This document shows, piece by piece, positions 1-9,928 of a stretch of 64,000 nt of DNA. The notes under the pieces were generated by a model. That model made no database searches and was not told the DNA's origin. It saw nothing but the letters and a program-made list of their open reading frames with translations. The stretch lies in IMG/VR virus record IMGVR_UViG_3300023174_000036, positions 124,001 to 188,000 of that record; one strand, given 5' to 3'. Both the position numbers and the translations under genes were made by a program. The number at the start of each line of letters is the position of its first letter. Position 1 is the stretch's first letter.

Positions 1-1
1 A

Positions 2-817
2 TTGGGCGGATACGAAATTAGTGAATTTGTAAGAGCTGGCGCAACTAGTTTTACTTCTTCAATCAATTTTGCTGATGTAGGATACACAGTTGGTAATCCA
101 GTTGTCAAATTACGTGTATTCAATGACAGCGCCACTACTCCAACAATTTATAACCAGCAAGGTGACACTATTGTTTTTAAAACAACTGTTGCAAGTGCCG
201 AAAAGACTCCAATGAAACTGGTAGGTACTGATATTGTACCTGGTATAACTCTTACTTCCAACTTAGGATCTCCTACATTAAAGTTCAAAGACGTGTATGC
301 AAACTACATATACGCCACAATTGAACAAGCAGATAAATTAACTGTTAATGGTGTTTACAGATCTGCAAGTACTGACCCTGGCATTAACACTATTGCCGCT
401 AGAGATGGAATAGGAACTCTTTCAGCAATTTTATTCTCAGGAGTAGCAACACAAGCTAATTATGCTGACTTGGCAGAAAAATATCTTGCTGATGCTGAAT
501 ATGAAGTTGGTACAGTTTTAATGATTGGCGGTGAAAAAGAAGTTACTGCTTGTACCATTGGTAGTCGAGCAATTGGCCCAGTGTCTGCAAATCCTGCCTA
601 TTTGATGAATAAAGATTTAGAAAACGGAACAGTCATTGCATTAAAAGGAAGAGTTCCAGTGAAAGTTACTGGGCCTATTGTTAAAGGTCAGCATTTGGTT
701 GCTGGTTTAAACGGAACAGCACAGTCCGCTGGTGCTGGAAATCCAGACACGTTTGCTATAGCATTAGAAAGTAACATTGATCCTTTAGTTAAATTAGTTG
801 AATGCATAATATTATAA
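2..817 (+). CDS. tail fibre/baseplate-associated protein, C-terminal part (5' truncated by window)
   Basis: Open frame from window edge; Thr/Gly-rich beta-type sequence ending in a YADLAEKY...GRVPVKV domain typical of large-phage tail proteins; upstream of structural-looking genes. Confidence 0.65.
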   Translation: MGGYEISEFVRAGATSFTSSINFADVGYTVGNPVVKLRVFNDSATTPTIYNQQGDTIVFKTTVASAEKTPMKLVGTDIVPGITLTSNLGSPTLKFKDVYANYIYATIEQADKLTVNGVYRSASTDPGINTIAARDGIGTLSAILFSGVATQANYADLAEKYLADAEYEVGTVLMIGGEKEVTACTIGSRAIGPVSANPAYLMNKDLENGTVIALKGRVPVKVTGPIVKGQHLVAGLNGTAQSAGAGNPDTFAIALESNIDPLVKLVECIIL

Positions 818-827
818 AGGAATCACT

Positions 828-1709
828 ATGGCCGGCGCAAACACTGCTGTTTTAGCAACTGATTACAATACTATACAATCTAAAGTCAATAATATATTGG
901 GTACTGGCTCAGGTGACTACGGCTACGGGCAACCAGTTACTAGTAGCCAAGTTGCTAGAACAAACAGGATTACAGTGGCTCAATGGAACGCTTTAAGAAA
1001 TGATTTATTAAAAGCACGTAGACATCAAACTGCAACAGATGAAAGCGGACTTTTATCTATTGCATCGACTACGACTCGTATAAGAGAATCTGACAGATTG
1101 GCTTATAACACATTTTCTGATACTATCACCACAAACAGATTGGTAACACCTCCTAGTGATCAAGCGTCGCTGACAAATTTACAAACCGTAACCAGAACCT
1201 CCCCATGGGCAACTACTATTAGTCATCAGGTAACTGTAACTTTTGCATCAGCAGATGAAAGTAGATATTTTTTTAATAGCGGCAGTTCTATCAAATTTAG
1301 TTCTTCAATGACTGGATATTCCGCTGGTCTTAGTTTATTGGTCAATCAATCATGGGCCACCTTGCTAGCAAACATGGGAATTATTAGTTTTAATGCGTAC
1401 TCAACTACCAAAACCGGAACAGGAACTGCTCAAACAATTGGTTTTTATAATTTAACCACTACAAATCAATTGGTTTTCACTAAACTAGTTGAAGCAGGTA
1501 ACCAGTATACTCCTAATCGTTATGAGCTGTACGTAAGAAAATCTGGAAACAGCATCATTTTTACGCCAACTTGGAGTTATGTAGAAGATGGAAATTATGG
1601 AAATTTTGAACCAGCGGATGGCACATTGACCAGTCTGATTCAGGCATACACTGCTAGCGGAGCCAACGTTTCAGTAACACCTCCAACAAGTTCCACAACT
1701 AATTTATAA
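828..1709 (+). CDS. virion structural protein, paralog of N-terminal domain of 1781..4375
   Basis: RBS AAGGA; shares DYNxIQ..NN(I/V)LG.GSGD.GYGQ, QWN.LRNDLLKAR.HQ and KLVEAGNQYTPN with next ORF. Confidence 0.7.
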   Translation: MAGANTAVLATDYNTIQSKVNNILGTGSGDYGYGQPVTSSQVARTNRITVAQWNALRNDLLKARRHQTATDESGLLSIASTTTRIRESDRLAYNTFSDTITTNRLVTPPSDQASLTNLQTVTRTSPWATTISHQVTVTFASADESRYFFNSGSSIKFSSSMTGYSAGLSLLVNQSWATLLANMGIISFNAYSTTKTGTGTAQTIGFYNLTTTNQLVFTKLVEAGNQYTPNRYELYVRKSGNSIIFTPTWSYVEDGNYGNFEPADGTLTSLIQAYTASGANVSVTPPTSSTTNL

Positions 1710-1750
1710 AAATGTGTAAGTTAAGGTATTTTTTGATACCAATACTTTGA

Positions 1751-1759
1751 TAATAAATA
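1751..1759 (+). promoter_or_regulatory. T4-like late promoter (TAATAAATA)
   Basis: ATAAATA core about 20 nt upstream of ATG 1781, GGGG RBS between. Confidence 0.55.
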
Positions 1760-1780
1760 CACATATAATAGGGGACAGTA

Positions 1781-4375
1781 ATGGCAGCAGGCGTCGGATC
1801 TAAAGTAGAATATTTAGATTACAATCAAATACAAACTATATTAAACAATGTTCTTGGCTCGGGGTCAGGAGACTCGGGCTACGGACAAACAGTTAGTAGT
1901 AGTCAAGTTGCCCAAAATTCGCTAGTCACAGTTTCCCAATGGAATTCGTTAAGAAACGATCTTCTCAAAGCTAGACAGCATCAAAGCGGTGTGGATGAAT
2001 CTGGAAATTTGGGTCTTCCTACACTTGATATTAAATTAACTGAAGCAGACCGTGCGGCATATTTGAGCATGGCAAATTTGATTAACAATAATAGGAATGT
2101 TACACCACCTAGCGGTGAAGCCAGCTTTGTAACTCTAATAACATCAAACAGATCTTCTGGTTGGAATACCACAGTTGATCAATCAATAACTATAGAATTT
2201 GGAACAGCTGATAATCTTCGCTGGTTTTTTAATGCCGGCGGAAATTTTCAACTCAGTGCTTCTCTTACTAATTTTACCACAACTGGCGACAGTAGATTAG
2301 TGAATGAATCATGGGAAGTGTTATTAAAAAATATGGGAATAATAAAGTTGTCAAATTTGACAACTACCAATACAGGAACAGGAACTCCTGCCACTAATAT
2401 TGGTTTTGTCAACTTAACTTCAACTAACCGATTGATTTTTAGTAAACTAGTTGAAGCTGGAAATCAATATACTCCTAATCAGTACGATTTATATGCAAGA
2501 ATATCAGGCGGATCAGCATTGGTGCTCACACCAACTTGGAGTTATACAGATGCTGGTAATGACGGCGGCTATAGGATATTTGAGCCAGTTCTTGGAACTT
2601 TGAATAGTTTTTGTCAGATGTATATTGCTACTGGTGCAAACGTGGCTGTTGCATATCCTCAAGTGCAATTCAGTGGAGTTGCATGGACATATTCATCAGC
2701 ATATGCTACACCTCCACCGTCCTATAGCATCCGACCTAATGTTACATTAGTGAACGAAGGCAGCACAGTTACTTACACAGTGAGTACTGACAACATCATA
2801 AACGGAACAGTATTGTATTGGAAAAATTTAGGATCTTCTACGTCACAGGATTTTGTTGACGGAAACAATTCAGGAACTGTTACTATAACAGCCGATACTG
2901 GTACTATAACTAGACAAATACGCTCAGACACTATAACAGAAGGTACTGAAACTGTTATTTTACAATTGTTAACTGGGTCGCTCACTGGAGTTCCAGTAGC
3001 AACTGCTGATACTGTAACGATCAGCGACACATCATTGACTCCTGTTAGTTATTCAATAACGCCAAATGTTCTTTCTCAAGATGAAGGGTTGCCAGTTATC
3101 TTTACTATCACCACAACTGGAGTTACAACTGGAACAGTATTATATTGGATCAACACAGGTACAACCAACGGCACTGACTTTCCAAATAGTGTCAATGACG
3201 GAACTGTTGTTATAAACAATGGCACTGCTAGTATTACACGGCCAGCAACTGCTGATCTTACAACAGAAGGTCCTGAAACTCTTATTTTGGAATTGCGTTC
3301 CGGCAGTGTGAACGGGCCTTTGCTGGCAACCAGCAGTACAGTAACAATAAATGATGCTAGTACTACTCCATTATTACCAACTTACGATGTGGCACCAAGT
3401 ATATACAGTGTCAACGAAGGCAGCAGTTTGATATTTTATGTTACCACTTCGCGTGTGGCCAACGGAACTGTGCTGTATTGGACCATTAATAACAGTACAA
3501 GCAACAATGCAGATTTCAGTAGTAGTACCAACGGTTCAGTCACGATAAATTCAAACGCGGCGCAGTTCTCAGTAACGCCAACATCGGACTCAACCACAGA
3601 AGGCCCTGAAAGTTTTTCAGTATCGCTTAGAACTGTCAGTATTTCTGGACAGGTAGTAGCAACCAGTCCCACCGTAACCATCGGTGATACTAGTCAAACT
3701 CCACCTCCACCTCCACCACCCGCGCCTGACCCAACTCCAGCTCCAACATTGGCCGCTAGTGCAGTTGGGCCTTATTATAATTATGTGGTTTTTGGACCAG
3801 GCGCAAACACCAAAGCGTACTATATAGAAATTAGCGCCGCACCTGGCGGATTCGGACAATATTATAATGTGACTACTAGTTTTAGTCAACAAAGTGGATT
3901 TGGTTCAAGCCCTTCTGGGACATTCTTTGGCGGCATAACTCGTGCTCTTATTGGATTCAACGGACCTCACGCCGGTGGATATGTGTATATAACTGTGTCG
4001 GCATCTGGATATACTTCCTATAATACCAGCATATATGTTCCTGCTAATACGGTATATACACCATACACTGCTTCTAACGGGTTTACACAAGAATTTGGTG
4101 TATCTGCTGGTGTTGCTGCCAGTGTGGTTGCTTTCTATAATGGAAATGGCACGTTCTATGTAACTCATGATCCAGGAGTACCTCGTTATCAGCCGTATCG
4201 TGCTCCAGAGTCAGGCGGCGCCGCTTATTGGACTAACTATCTAATAACCAATGGGTTGACTACAAGTTCTCAACAATTCCTTGACGCATTTGGCTCCGCT
4301 CCGGAGACGTTTACAGGCCCAAAAAACAGTTTCCAATACGGCACTGGTTGGGGTGACTTTTCAGATAAACCATAA
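1781..4375 (+). CDS. modular tail fibre/adhesin: anchor domain, three Calx-beta/Ig-like repeats, Pro linker, distal domain
   Basis: Three ~105 aa repeats (V(N/D)EG...NGT.LYW...DF...TEG.E...VTI.D.S) followed by TPPPPPPPAPDPTPAP and a Tyr/Gly-rich C-terminal domain. Confidence 0.7.
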   Translation: MAAGVGSKVEYLDYNQIQTILNNVLGSGSGDSGYGQTVSSSQVAQNSLVTVSQWNSLRNDLLKARQHQSGVDESGNLGLPTLDIKLTEADRAAYLSMANLINNNRNVTPPSGEASFVTLITSNRSSGWNTTVDQSITIEFGTADNLRWFFNAGGNFQLSASLTNFTTTGDSRLVNESWEVLLKNMGIIKLSNLTTTNTGTGTPATNIGFVNLTSTNRLIFSKLVEAGNQYTPNQYDLYARISGGSALVLTPTWSYTDAGNDGGYRIFEPVLGTLNSFCQMYIATGANVAVAYPQVQFSGVAWTYSSAYATPPPSYSIRPNVTLVNEGSTVTYTVSTDNIINGTVLYWKNLGSSTSQDFVDGNNSGTVTITADTGTITRQIRSDTITEGTETVILQLLTGSLTGVPVATADTVTISDTSLTPVSYSITPNVLSQDEGLPVIFTITTTGVTTGTVLYWINTGTTNGTDFPNSVNDGTVVINNGTASITRPATADLTTEGPETLILELRSGSVNGPLLATSSTVTINDASTTPLLPTYDVAPSIYSVNEGSSLIFYVTTSRVANGTVLYWTINNSTSNNADFSSSTNGSVTINSNAAQFSVTPTSDSTTEGPESFSVSLRTVSISGQVVATSPTVTIGDTSQTPPPPPPPAPDPTPAPTLAASAVGPYYNYVVFGPGANTKAYYIEISAAPGGFGQYYNVTTSFSQQSGFGSSPSGTFFGGITRALIGFNGPHAGGYVYITVSASGYTSYNTSIYVPANTVYTPYTASNGFTQEFGVSAGVAASVVAFYNGNGTFYVTHDPGVPRYQPYRAPESGGAAYWTNYLITNGLTTSSQQFLDAFGSAPETFTGPKNSFQYGTGWGDFSDKP

Positions 4376-4384
4376 AGGATTAAC

Positions 4385-4636
4385 ATGTTAACAAGACAAC
4401 AAATTATCGATACATTTGTCGCTGGAATTAATGAAACGCCTGGCAATGAATTAATTGAAGCTTATCAAAATTTAAGATTTACGCAACAGCAACTGGATGA
4501 AGTAATTGCACGTAATCTTGCTACAAAAGCAGACCCAACATACGCTCAACGGGTAGCAGAAGATTACCAAAAGTACATGGCCGCAACTCCAGAAGAACAA
4601 GCGGCTTGGACACACGTTGAGCCCTTACAGTCCTGA
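4385..4636 (+). CDS. small hypothetical protein (possible fibre chaperone)
   Basis: AAGGA RBS, directly follows fibre gene. Confidence 0.55.
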   Translation: MLTRQQIIDTFVAGINETPGNELIEAYQNLRFTQQQLDEVIARNLATKADPTYAQRVAEDYQKYMAATPEEQAAWTHVEPLQS

Positions 4637-4671
4637 ACTAGTTATATTTCACAATAACTGATCTAATTTCC

Positions 4672-4700
4672 TTGACTAGATAATTATAATAGTGTATTAT
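4672..4700 (+). promoter_or_regulatory. sigma70-type promoter
   Basis: TTGACT-17 nt-TATTAT upstream of GGAG RBS and ATG 4722. Confidence 0.55.
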
Positions 4701-4721
4701 TACACTATCTCGGAGTTATCT

Positions 4722-5072
4722 ATGGACGAAAAAATTGAAAAAGCATTTGAAGTTGTCAACTATATGGCAACGCTGTCAAATCAAAGACGCTTGCTGGCTG
4801 AAGAAATAGATCAAAAATTAATCTATTATATCAACGGATCAACATTTAAAATTACACCTACTTTAATTAATTTTGCAAAATTGATGATTGATTTGAAGCA
4901 TACCGTTGATGCTGTATTCATTGACGATAACAACAATCCAGTTGTGGTAGAGGATGTAAAAAAATTCTTTGAAAGTATTACAAAACAATATTTTGAAGTA
5001 ACAGAAACTTACTCTGCTAGATTCCTGGCCATTAAATCTAAAAGAAAAATAAGCGATTTAATTGATCTATGA
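4722..5072 (+). CDS. hypothetical protein
   Basis: ORF track 4692..5072; start moved to ATG 4722 (MDEKIE) behind GGAG; ATGA overlap with next gene. Confidence 0.65.
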   Translation: MDEKIEKAFEVVNYMATLSNQRRLLAEEIDQKLIYYINGSTFKITPTLINFAKLMIDLKHTVDAVFIDDNNNPVVVEDVKKFFESITKQYFEVTETYSARFLAIKSKRKISDLIDL

Positions 5073-5926
5073 AAACAGTTGGTGCTGTAATTTTTGCTCA
5101 GAATAATTCTTCAGTTGATTACGTCAAACTGGCGATTTTTGCGGCTCAGCGTCTGCAAAAATTCTTAAAAATCCCAGTCAGCATCATAACAGATTCTGCA
5201 GATTGGATGTTAAAAACTTATCCCAAAGAATGTGGAATATTTGATCAACTTATCAGTATAGATAACACATCAGAACACAATCAAAAAAGATTCAACGACG
5301 GCACATTATCTTCAAAATTTTTAGAATGGAAAAATTTATCTAGGAATTCAGTGTATAATTTAACGCCGTACGATAAAACTTTGGTAATTGATAGTGATTA
5401 TATTATCAATTCAAGCATACTAACCAATGCATTAAATTCAGATCACAGTTTTCAGTTGTATAAAAACAGTGTTGGTATTGCATCCTGGAGAAATGATACT
5501 GAATTCAAAAAAATAAATCAATATTCTATTCCTTTTTATTGGGCCACTACTTTTGTTTTTGAAAAAACATTAGAAGTAGAATGTTTTTTTACCCTGGTAG
5601 AATATATTAAAAACAACTGGCAATACTTTAGAACATTGTACAGCATAGAAGTTCCTACATTTAGGAATGATTTTGCTTTTAGTATTGCTATACATTTAAT
5701 GAATGCAAAATCAGCAGGAATCTTTGCACAAGAATTGCCAGGAAAGATGTTTTATATATCCGATAGAGATTTATTAATTTCGTTAGATGACAGCAAGATG
5801 AAATTCTTAATTGAAAAAGAAAATTATCTAGGAGAATACACAGCAGTCAGTATCCAAGATACGGATGTACATATTATGAATAAACTTAGTCTTTCAAGGT
5901 TTATTGACGGAGGTTCAGGTGTCTAA
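5069..5926 (+). CDS. glycosyltransferase-like protein (GT-A, DxD motif)
   Basis: YDKTLVIDSDYII motif, FRNDFAFSIA; paralog of next ORF. Confidence 0.6.
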   Translation: MKTVGAVIFAQNNSSVDYVKLAIFAAQRLQKFLKIPVSIITDSADWMLKTYPKECGIFDQLISIDNTSEHNQKRFNDGTLSSKFLEWKNLSRNSVYNLTPYDKTLVIDSDYIINSSILTNALNSDHSFQLYKNSVGIASWRNDTEFKKINQYSIPFYWATTFVFEKTLEVECFFTLVEYIKNNWQYFRTLYSIEVPTFRNDFAFSIAIHLMNAKSAGIFAQELPGKMFYISDRDLLISLDDSKMKFLIEKENYLGEYTAVSIQDTDVHIMNKLSLSRFIDGGSGV

Positions 5927-6761
5927 AGGATTTGTAGTTCTTGCACAAAACAATGGTACTGTTGATTATATCAAACAGGCATATGCACTGGCCTTGAGTA
6001 TCAAAAGCAGTCAAAAAGAAATTACGAACATTTCATTAGTTACAAATGACAAAGTTCCAAAAAAATATAAATCAGTGTTTGATAAAATTATTCCAATACC
6101 GTGGAACGATGATGCTGTAGAAACACAGTGGAAAATTGAGAATCGATGGAAGCTGTATCATGCCAGCCCATATTACGAATCCATTGTGTTGGATGTGGAC
6201 ATGTTATTGTTAGAAGATATCAGTGGCTGGTGGGAATACTGTGGCAATTTCAATATTCGATTTTGTTCTAAAATTACCAACTATAAATTAGAAAATGTAG
6301 TTGATACTGTACATAGAAAATCTTTTGTAGCAAACAAACTTCCCAATGTGTATCATGCATTGCATTATTTTAAAAAATCCGATGAAGCTGCCAATTTTTA
6401 TAAAGTACTAGAATACGTTGTAAACAACTGGGCATTTTGTTATGGACAGATTGCACCCAACGAATATCAAAATTGGTTAAGCATGGATTTGGCTTGTGCA
6501 GTTGCAATAGAATTATCGGGTATGCAAGAATTGATAGACATTAATTCTCCCTTGCAATTTACTCATATGAAAACGCCTATACAAGGATGGTCAGTAACTC
6601 CGGAAAGCTGGCAAGACATGATAGCCTGGCACTTAACACCCGCTGGAAAATTAGTGGTTGGAAATATTTCTCAAGATAAATTATTTCACTATGTAGAGAA
6701 AAATTTTATAACAGACAATCTACTATTGGAATTAAAGGAATTGATCAATGCCAAGTCCTAA
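5904..6761 (+). CDS. glycosyltransferase-like protein (GT-A, DxD motif)
   Basis: SPYYESIVLDVDML motif, MDLACAVA; paralog of 5069..5926. Confidence 0.6.
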   Translation: MTEVQVSKGFVVLAQNNGTVDYIKQAYALALSIKSSQKEITNISLVTNDKVPKKYKSVFDKIIPIPWNDDAVETQWKIENRWKLYHASPYYESIVLDVDMLLLEDISGWWEYCGNFNIRFCSKITNYKLENVVDTVHRKSFVANKLPNVYHALHYFKKSDEAANFYKVLEYVVNNWAFCYGQIAPNEYQNWLSMDLACAVAIELSGMQELIDINSPLQFTHMKTPIQGWSVTPESWQDMIAWHLTPAGKLVVGNISQDKLFHYVEKNFITDNLLLELKELINAKS

Positions 6762-7338
6762 ATTATATGCATATTTTGATGTTAGCACAGGTAACTTGTT
6801 GGCATTTTCCAACGAAATAAGAACTGAATACGAATACAAACTAGAAGTAACTAAAGAACAGTATCATATGTTCGTTAGCGGCATTGAAAAATTTACTGAC
6901 TGGGTAGTTTCTAGAACAAAAAATGTTGATTTTGAATTTGAATTAGTACAAAAACATCAGCAAAGTGTACTTTTTAAAAATAATTTGTTTGAAAAAATAA
7001 CAAACCCTGCTGGAGATAATACAGAGTTAACAGTTCACTATGACATTCCAGGCAAAAATTGGATTGTTATTATTACAGATGAATTTAGACAACGTATATA
7101 TGATGAAACTGCGCAAACCGGCATACGTCATAAAAATGTTGAATTCTATATCACAGCGGCAAACGAACCAAATTTATTGATACAACAAATAAGTATAGAT
7201 ATTCAAAAATTAATCCAAGATAAGATAGTAATACCGTTTGTATCTAAATACGAATTAGACGCTAAAAAAATTAATATTTTTACAAGAAACCCATTTTTCT
7301 CTTACGGTATTCAAATATGGGACACAACAAATGAATAA
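6748..7338 (+). CDS. hypothetical protein
   Basis: 196 aa ORF translationally coupled within the GT operon. Confidence 0.65.
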   Translation: MPSPKLYAYFDVSTGNLLAFSNEIRTEYEYKLEVTKEQYHMFVSGIEKFTDWVVSRTKNVDFEFELVQKHQQSVLFKNNLFEKITNPAGDNTELTVHYDIPGKNWIVIITDEFRQRIYDETAQTGIRHKNVEFYITAANEPNLLIQQISIDIQKLIQDKIVIPFVSKYELDAKKINIFTRNPFFSYGIQIWDTTNE

Positions 7339-8230
7339 TGTTATTAAAGTTATAGAGCAAGATATTATTTTTCTTAGTTACGACGAACCAAATGCTGAAA
7401 AAAATTATGCAGACTTGTGCAACAAAGTGCCTTGGGCAAAACGTGTACATGGAGTCAAGGGCAGTGATGCCGCGCACAAAGCCTGCGCCGCATTAAGTGA
7501 TACTGAATACTTTGTTACAGTGGACGCTGATAATATTATTGATCCAAAATTTCTTGAAGTTGAAATAGATTTAGACGCTTTGGGATTAACTGCTGATCAT
7601 GTGTTCAGCTGGTGCGGTCGAGTTCACGTAAATGGTCTAATGTACGGCAATGGTGGTTTAAAAATGTGGACACGCAAGTTTGTAAACAATATGCGTACAC
7701 ATGAAAATTCAGATCCTAATGATGCCAAGGGATTAGTTGAATTTTGTTTTGATGACAAATATTATCAATTCAATGAAAACTACAGCGAGAGTTTTACCAA
7801 TGCCACACCATTTCAAGCCTGGCGTGCCGGATTTCGTGAAGGCGTAAAGATGTCATTGAATCAAGGTGCCAAAGTTGAAGATTTAAAAACTGTGTGGTGG
7901 CAAAATTACGACAGAATGTTAATATGGTGTAACATTGGTGCTGATGTAGAGAACGGTGAATGGAGTATGTACGGAGCAAGAGAAGGAGCATACTTGACTA
8001 ATTGCACCGATTGGGATTATTCTAATGTGCGAGACTTTGAATGGTTGACTAATGAGTGGGAAACAAAATACAGCAAAGTAACGACTGAAATGCTACCTTA
8101 TGAAATTATGGGCCTTGGTGAAACATTACGTCACGAGTGCGGTTTAGAGGTTGCAGACTTAGACTCTGATGGTAGTAAATTTTTTAAATCAGTTTATAAT
8201 AATTCCCCTAGAATCATACGGAGACGCTAA
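7331..8230 (+). CDS. glycosyltransferase family 2-like protein
   Basis: IFLSYDEPNA, RVHGVKG, YFVTVDADN, YGNGGLK, AWRAGFREG. Confidence 0.6.
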   Translation: MNNVIKVIEQDIIFLSYDEPNAEKNYADLCNKVPWAKRVHGVKGSDAAHKACAALSDTEYFVTVDADNIIDPKFLEVEIDLDALGLTADHVFSWCGRVHVNGLMYGNGGLKMWTRKFVNNMRTHENSDPNDAKGLVEFCFDDKYYQFNENYSESFTNATPFQAWRAGFREGVKMSLNQGAKVEDLKTVWWQNYDRMLIWCNIGADVENGEWSMYGAREGAYLTNCTDWDYSNVRDFEWLTNEWETKYSKVTTEMLPYEIMGLGETLRHECGLEVADLDSDGSKFFKSVYNNSPRIIRRR

Positions 8231-8973
8231 TGTACGATATTGTATTTTTATCATTTAATGAACCAAACGCTGACAATCTTTACTTTCAATTTTTAAAAAA
8301 AATTGTTAATATTCCAAATCAAATACATAGAATTCACGGAATCAAGGGCATACATCAAGCTCATATAGAAGCCGCAAAACAAGTAAAAACTTCAATGTTT
8401 TATGTAGTTGATGCAGATGCAGATCTATTGCCTAGTTTTAAATTTGATATAAAATTGGATCCTAGCGAAGAAGACATTGTACATGTATGGCGCAGTATCA
8501 ATCCTATTAACAATTTAGAATACGGTTATGGCGGAGTCAAATTATTGCCAACTCAATTGACATTAGATATGGATGTTAATTCTGCAGATATGACTACTAG
8601 CATATCCACTAGATTTAAGGCAATGACAACTGCGTCCAATTTAACAGCATTCAATATTAATCCATTATGCACATGGCGCAGTGCATTTAGAGAATGTGCC
8701 AAATTAGCCAGCAGAACTATTGCTGGACAATTAGACGATGAATCTGCGTATAGATTGAAAGTATGGACACACATTGGCGGCGATAATCCTTTTGGAGAAT
8801 ATGCCAAAGGCGGAGCAAGTGCTGGAGAGTGGTTTGGAAAAACTTATAAGGACGACAAAAAAATGCTAGCCAAGATAAATGATTATGCTTGGCTAGAATC
8901 TCAATTCAACAGTCATATTAAAATGTTTCCGCCAGAGACATTTAAAGGAGACTGGCCGCTAGAGGAAAAATAG
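8230..8973 (+). CDS. glycosyltransferase family 2-like protein, paralog of 7331..8230
   Basis: VFLSFNEPNA, RIHGIKG, FYVVDADA, YGYGGVK, TWRSAFRE. Confidence 0.6.
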   Translation: MYDIVFLSFNEPNADNLYFQFLKKIVNIPNQIHRIHGIKGIHQAHIEAAKQVKTSMFYVVDADADLLPSFKFDIKLDPSEEDIVHVWRSINPINNLEYGYGGVKLLPTQLTLDMDVNSADMTTSISTRFKAMTTASNLTAFNINPLCTWRSAFRECAKLASRTIAGQLDDESAYRLKVWTHIGGDNPFGEYAKGGASAGEWFGKTYKDDKKMLAKINDYAWLESQFNSHIKMFPPETFKGDWPLEEK

Positions 8974-9604
8974 TGGCTATTACTTTGGCACAAGCAACAG
9001 CAACTTCTTGATGTTCTTTCTGAGTACCGTTGGCACTGCGTAGTTCAATAAAATGAATCCAACTACGTAGAGTACCATTCATATATAAACGACTTTCAAT
9101 AAGTCCTTCTGGAAGCACAGCACGAGCTTGCTCTTTTGCTATGCCGTTTTTGATAGCCCATTCGTATTCACGTTTAGCGGCATAAATGACTCGTTGTTGA
9201 GCTCTGTACCATTCATTTTGTAACAGTTGATCATCCACTTCGATGCTGTTCTGTCTATTTTTGTCGTCTTGCAGTCTAGCTTCTCTTGTAACAAAATTGA
9301 GATCTTTCGTTGGGTCAGCATAGCGTTGAGAGAACTCTTGGAAACTGAAACTTCTGTGTCGCAAGATTTGGCGAGCAATATCTCTTGTGGTTGTGATTTC
9401 GATACAGGCGGAGACCATTTCAAGTGGGCTCCAGTGTTGGTGTTTGACCAAGTACTTGATGAGTTTTTCTGATGTGTCTGTGTTAAGTTGATTGGAAGGA
9501 TTGCTGACACGGGCGCAATACGCAATAAGTTCTTGCGCATCTGCAAGGCCCAAATCTCTAAATTCCGCTGTTGGCTGAGAATAGGATAATAGCTGAACAT
9601 TCAT
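8942..9604 (-). CDS. thyX: flavin-dependent thymidylate synthase
   Basis: ARVSNP, HWSPLE, RQILRHRSFSFQEFSQRY ThyX motif. Confidence 0.95.
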   Translation of the reverse strand: MNVQLLSYSQPTAEFRDLGLADAQELIAYCARVSNPSNQLNTDTSEKLIKYLVKHQHWSPLEMVSACIEITTTRDIARQILRHRSFSFQEFSQRYADPTKDLNFVTREARLQDDKNRQNSIEVDDQLLQNEWYRAQQRVIYAAKREYEWAIKNGIAKEQARAVLPEGLIESRLYMNGTLRSWIHFIELRSANGTQKEHQEVAVACAKVIATIFPLAASLL

Positions 9605-9607
9605 TAT

Positions 9608-9928
9608 TTATAACTTCTTTTTCTTTAAGAATTTTTGGGTTGATTTTACAATGTCTTTTTTAACACGTTCAGTGTCAAGTTTAAAATCAATATTATCAAT
9701 AGAATCTTCGTAAGTTTTTACAAGCTCACGAAGATTCAATTCAAAACTAGACCATCCTTCGTTACGAGTGACTGTAGTTACTTTGATTTCCCACGTTTTA
9801 CCATCTTTAAAATTAACCAAAACTGAATGCAAATACCCAAGAGGTAATACGTTAAGTTTTACTTCACCGAATACTTCGGGCCAATGTTCAATGATTTCTT
9901 TGGGAAAGATTTTTCCCTTGGACATCAT
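9608..9928 (-). CDS. hypothetical protein
   Basis: ORF in tightly packed minus-strand operon. Confidence 0.65.
   Translation of the reverse strand: MMSKGKIFPKEIIEHWPEVFGEVKLNVLPLGYLHSVLVNFKDGKTWEIKVTTVTRNEGWSSFELNLRELVKTYEDSIDNIDFKLDTERVKKDIVKSTQKFLKKKKL

Noticed and set aside
828-4375. Diversity-generating retroelement template/variable repeat pair
   Set aside because: The similarity is protein-level paralogy with differences at all bases, not adenine-specific, and no reverse transcriptase is seen in the window
8942-8973. Convergent 3' overlap of the GT gene and thyX as a regulatory antisense device
   Set aside because: A 32 nt tail overlap is common in compact phage genomes; nothing else supports a function
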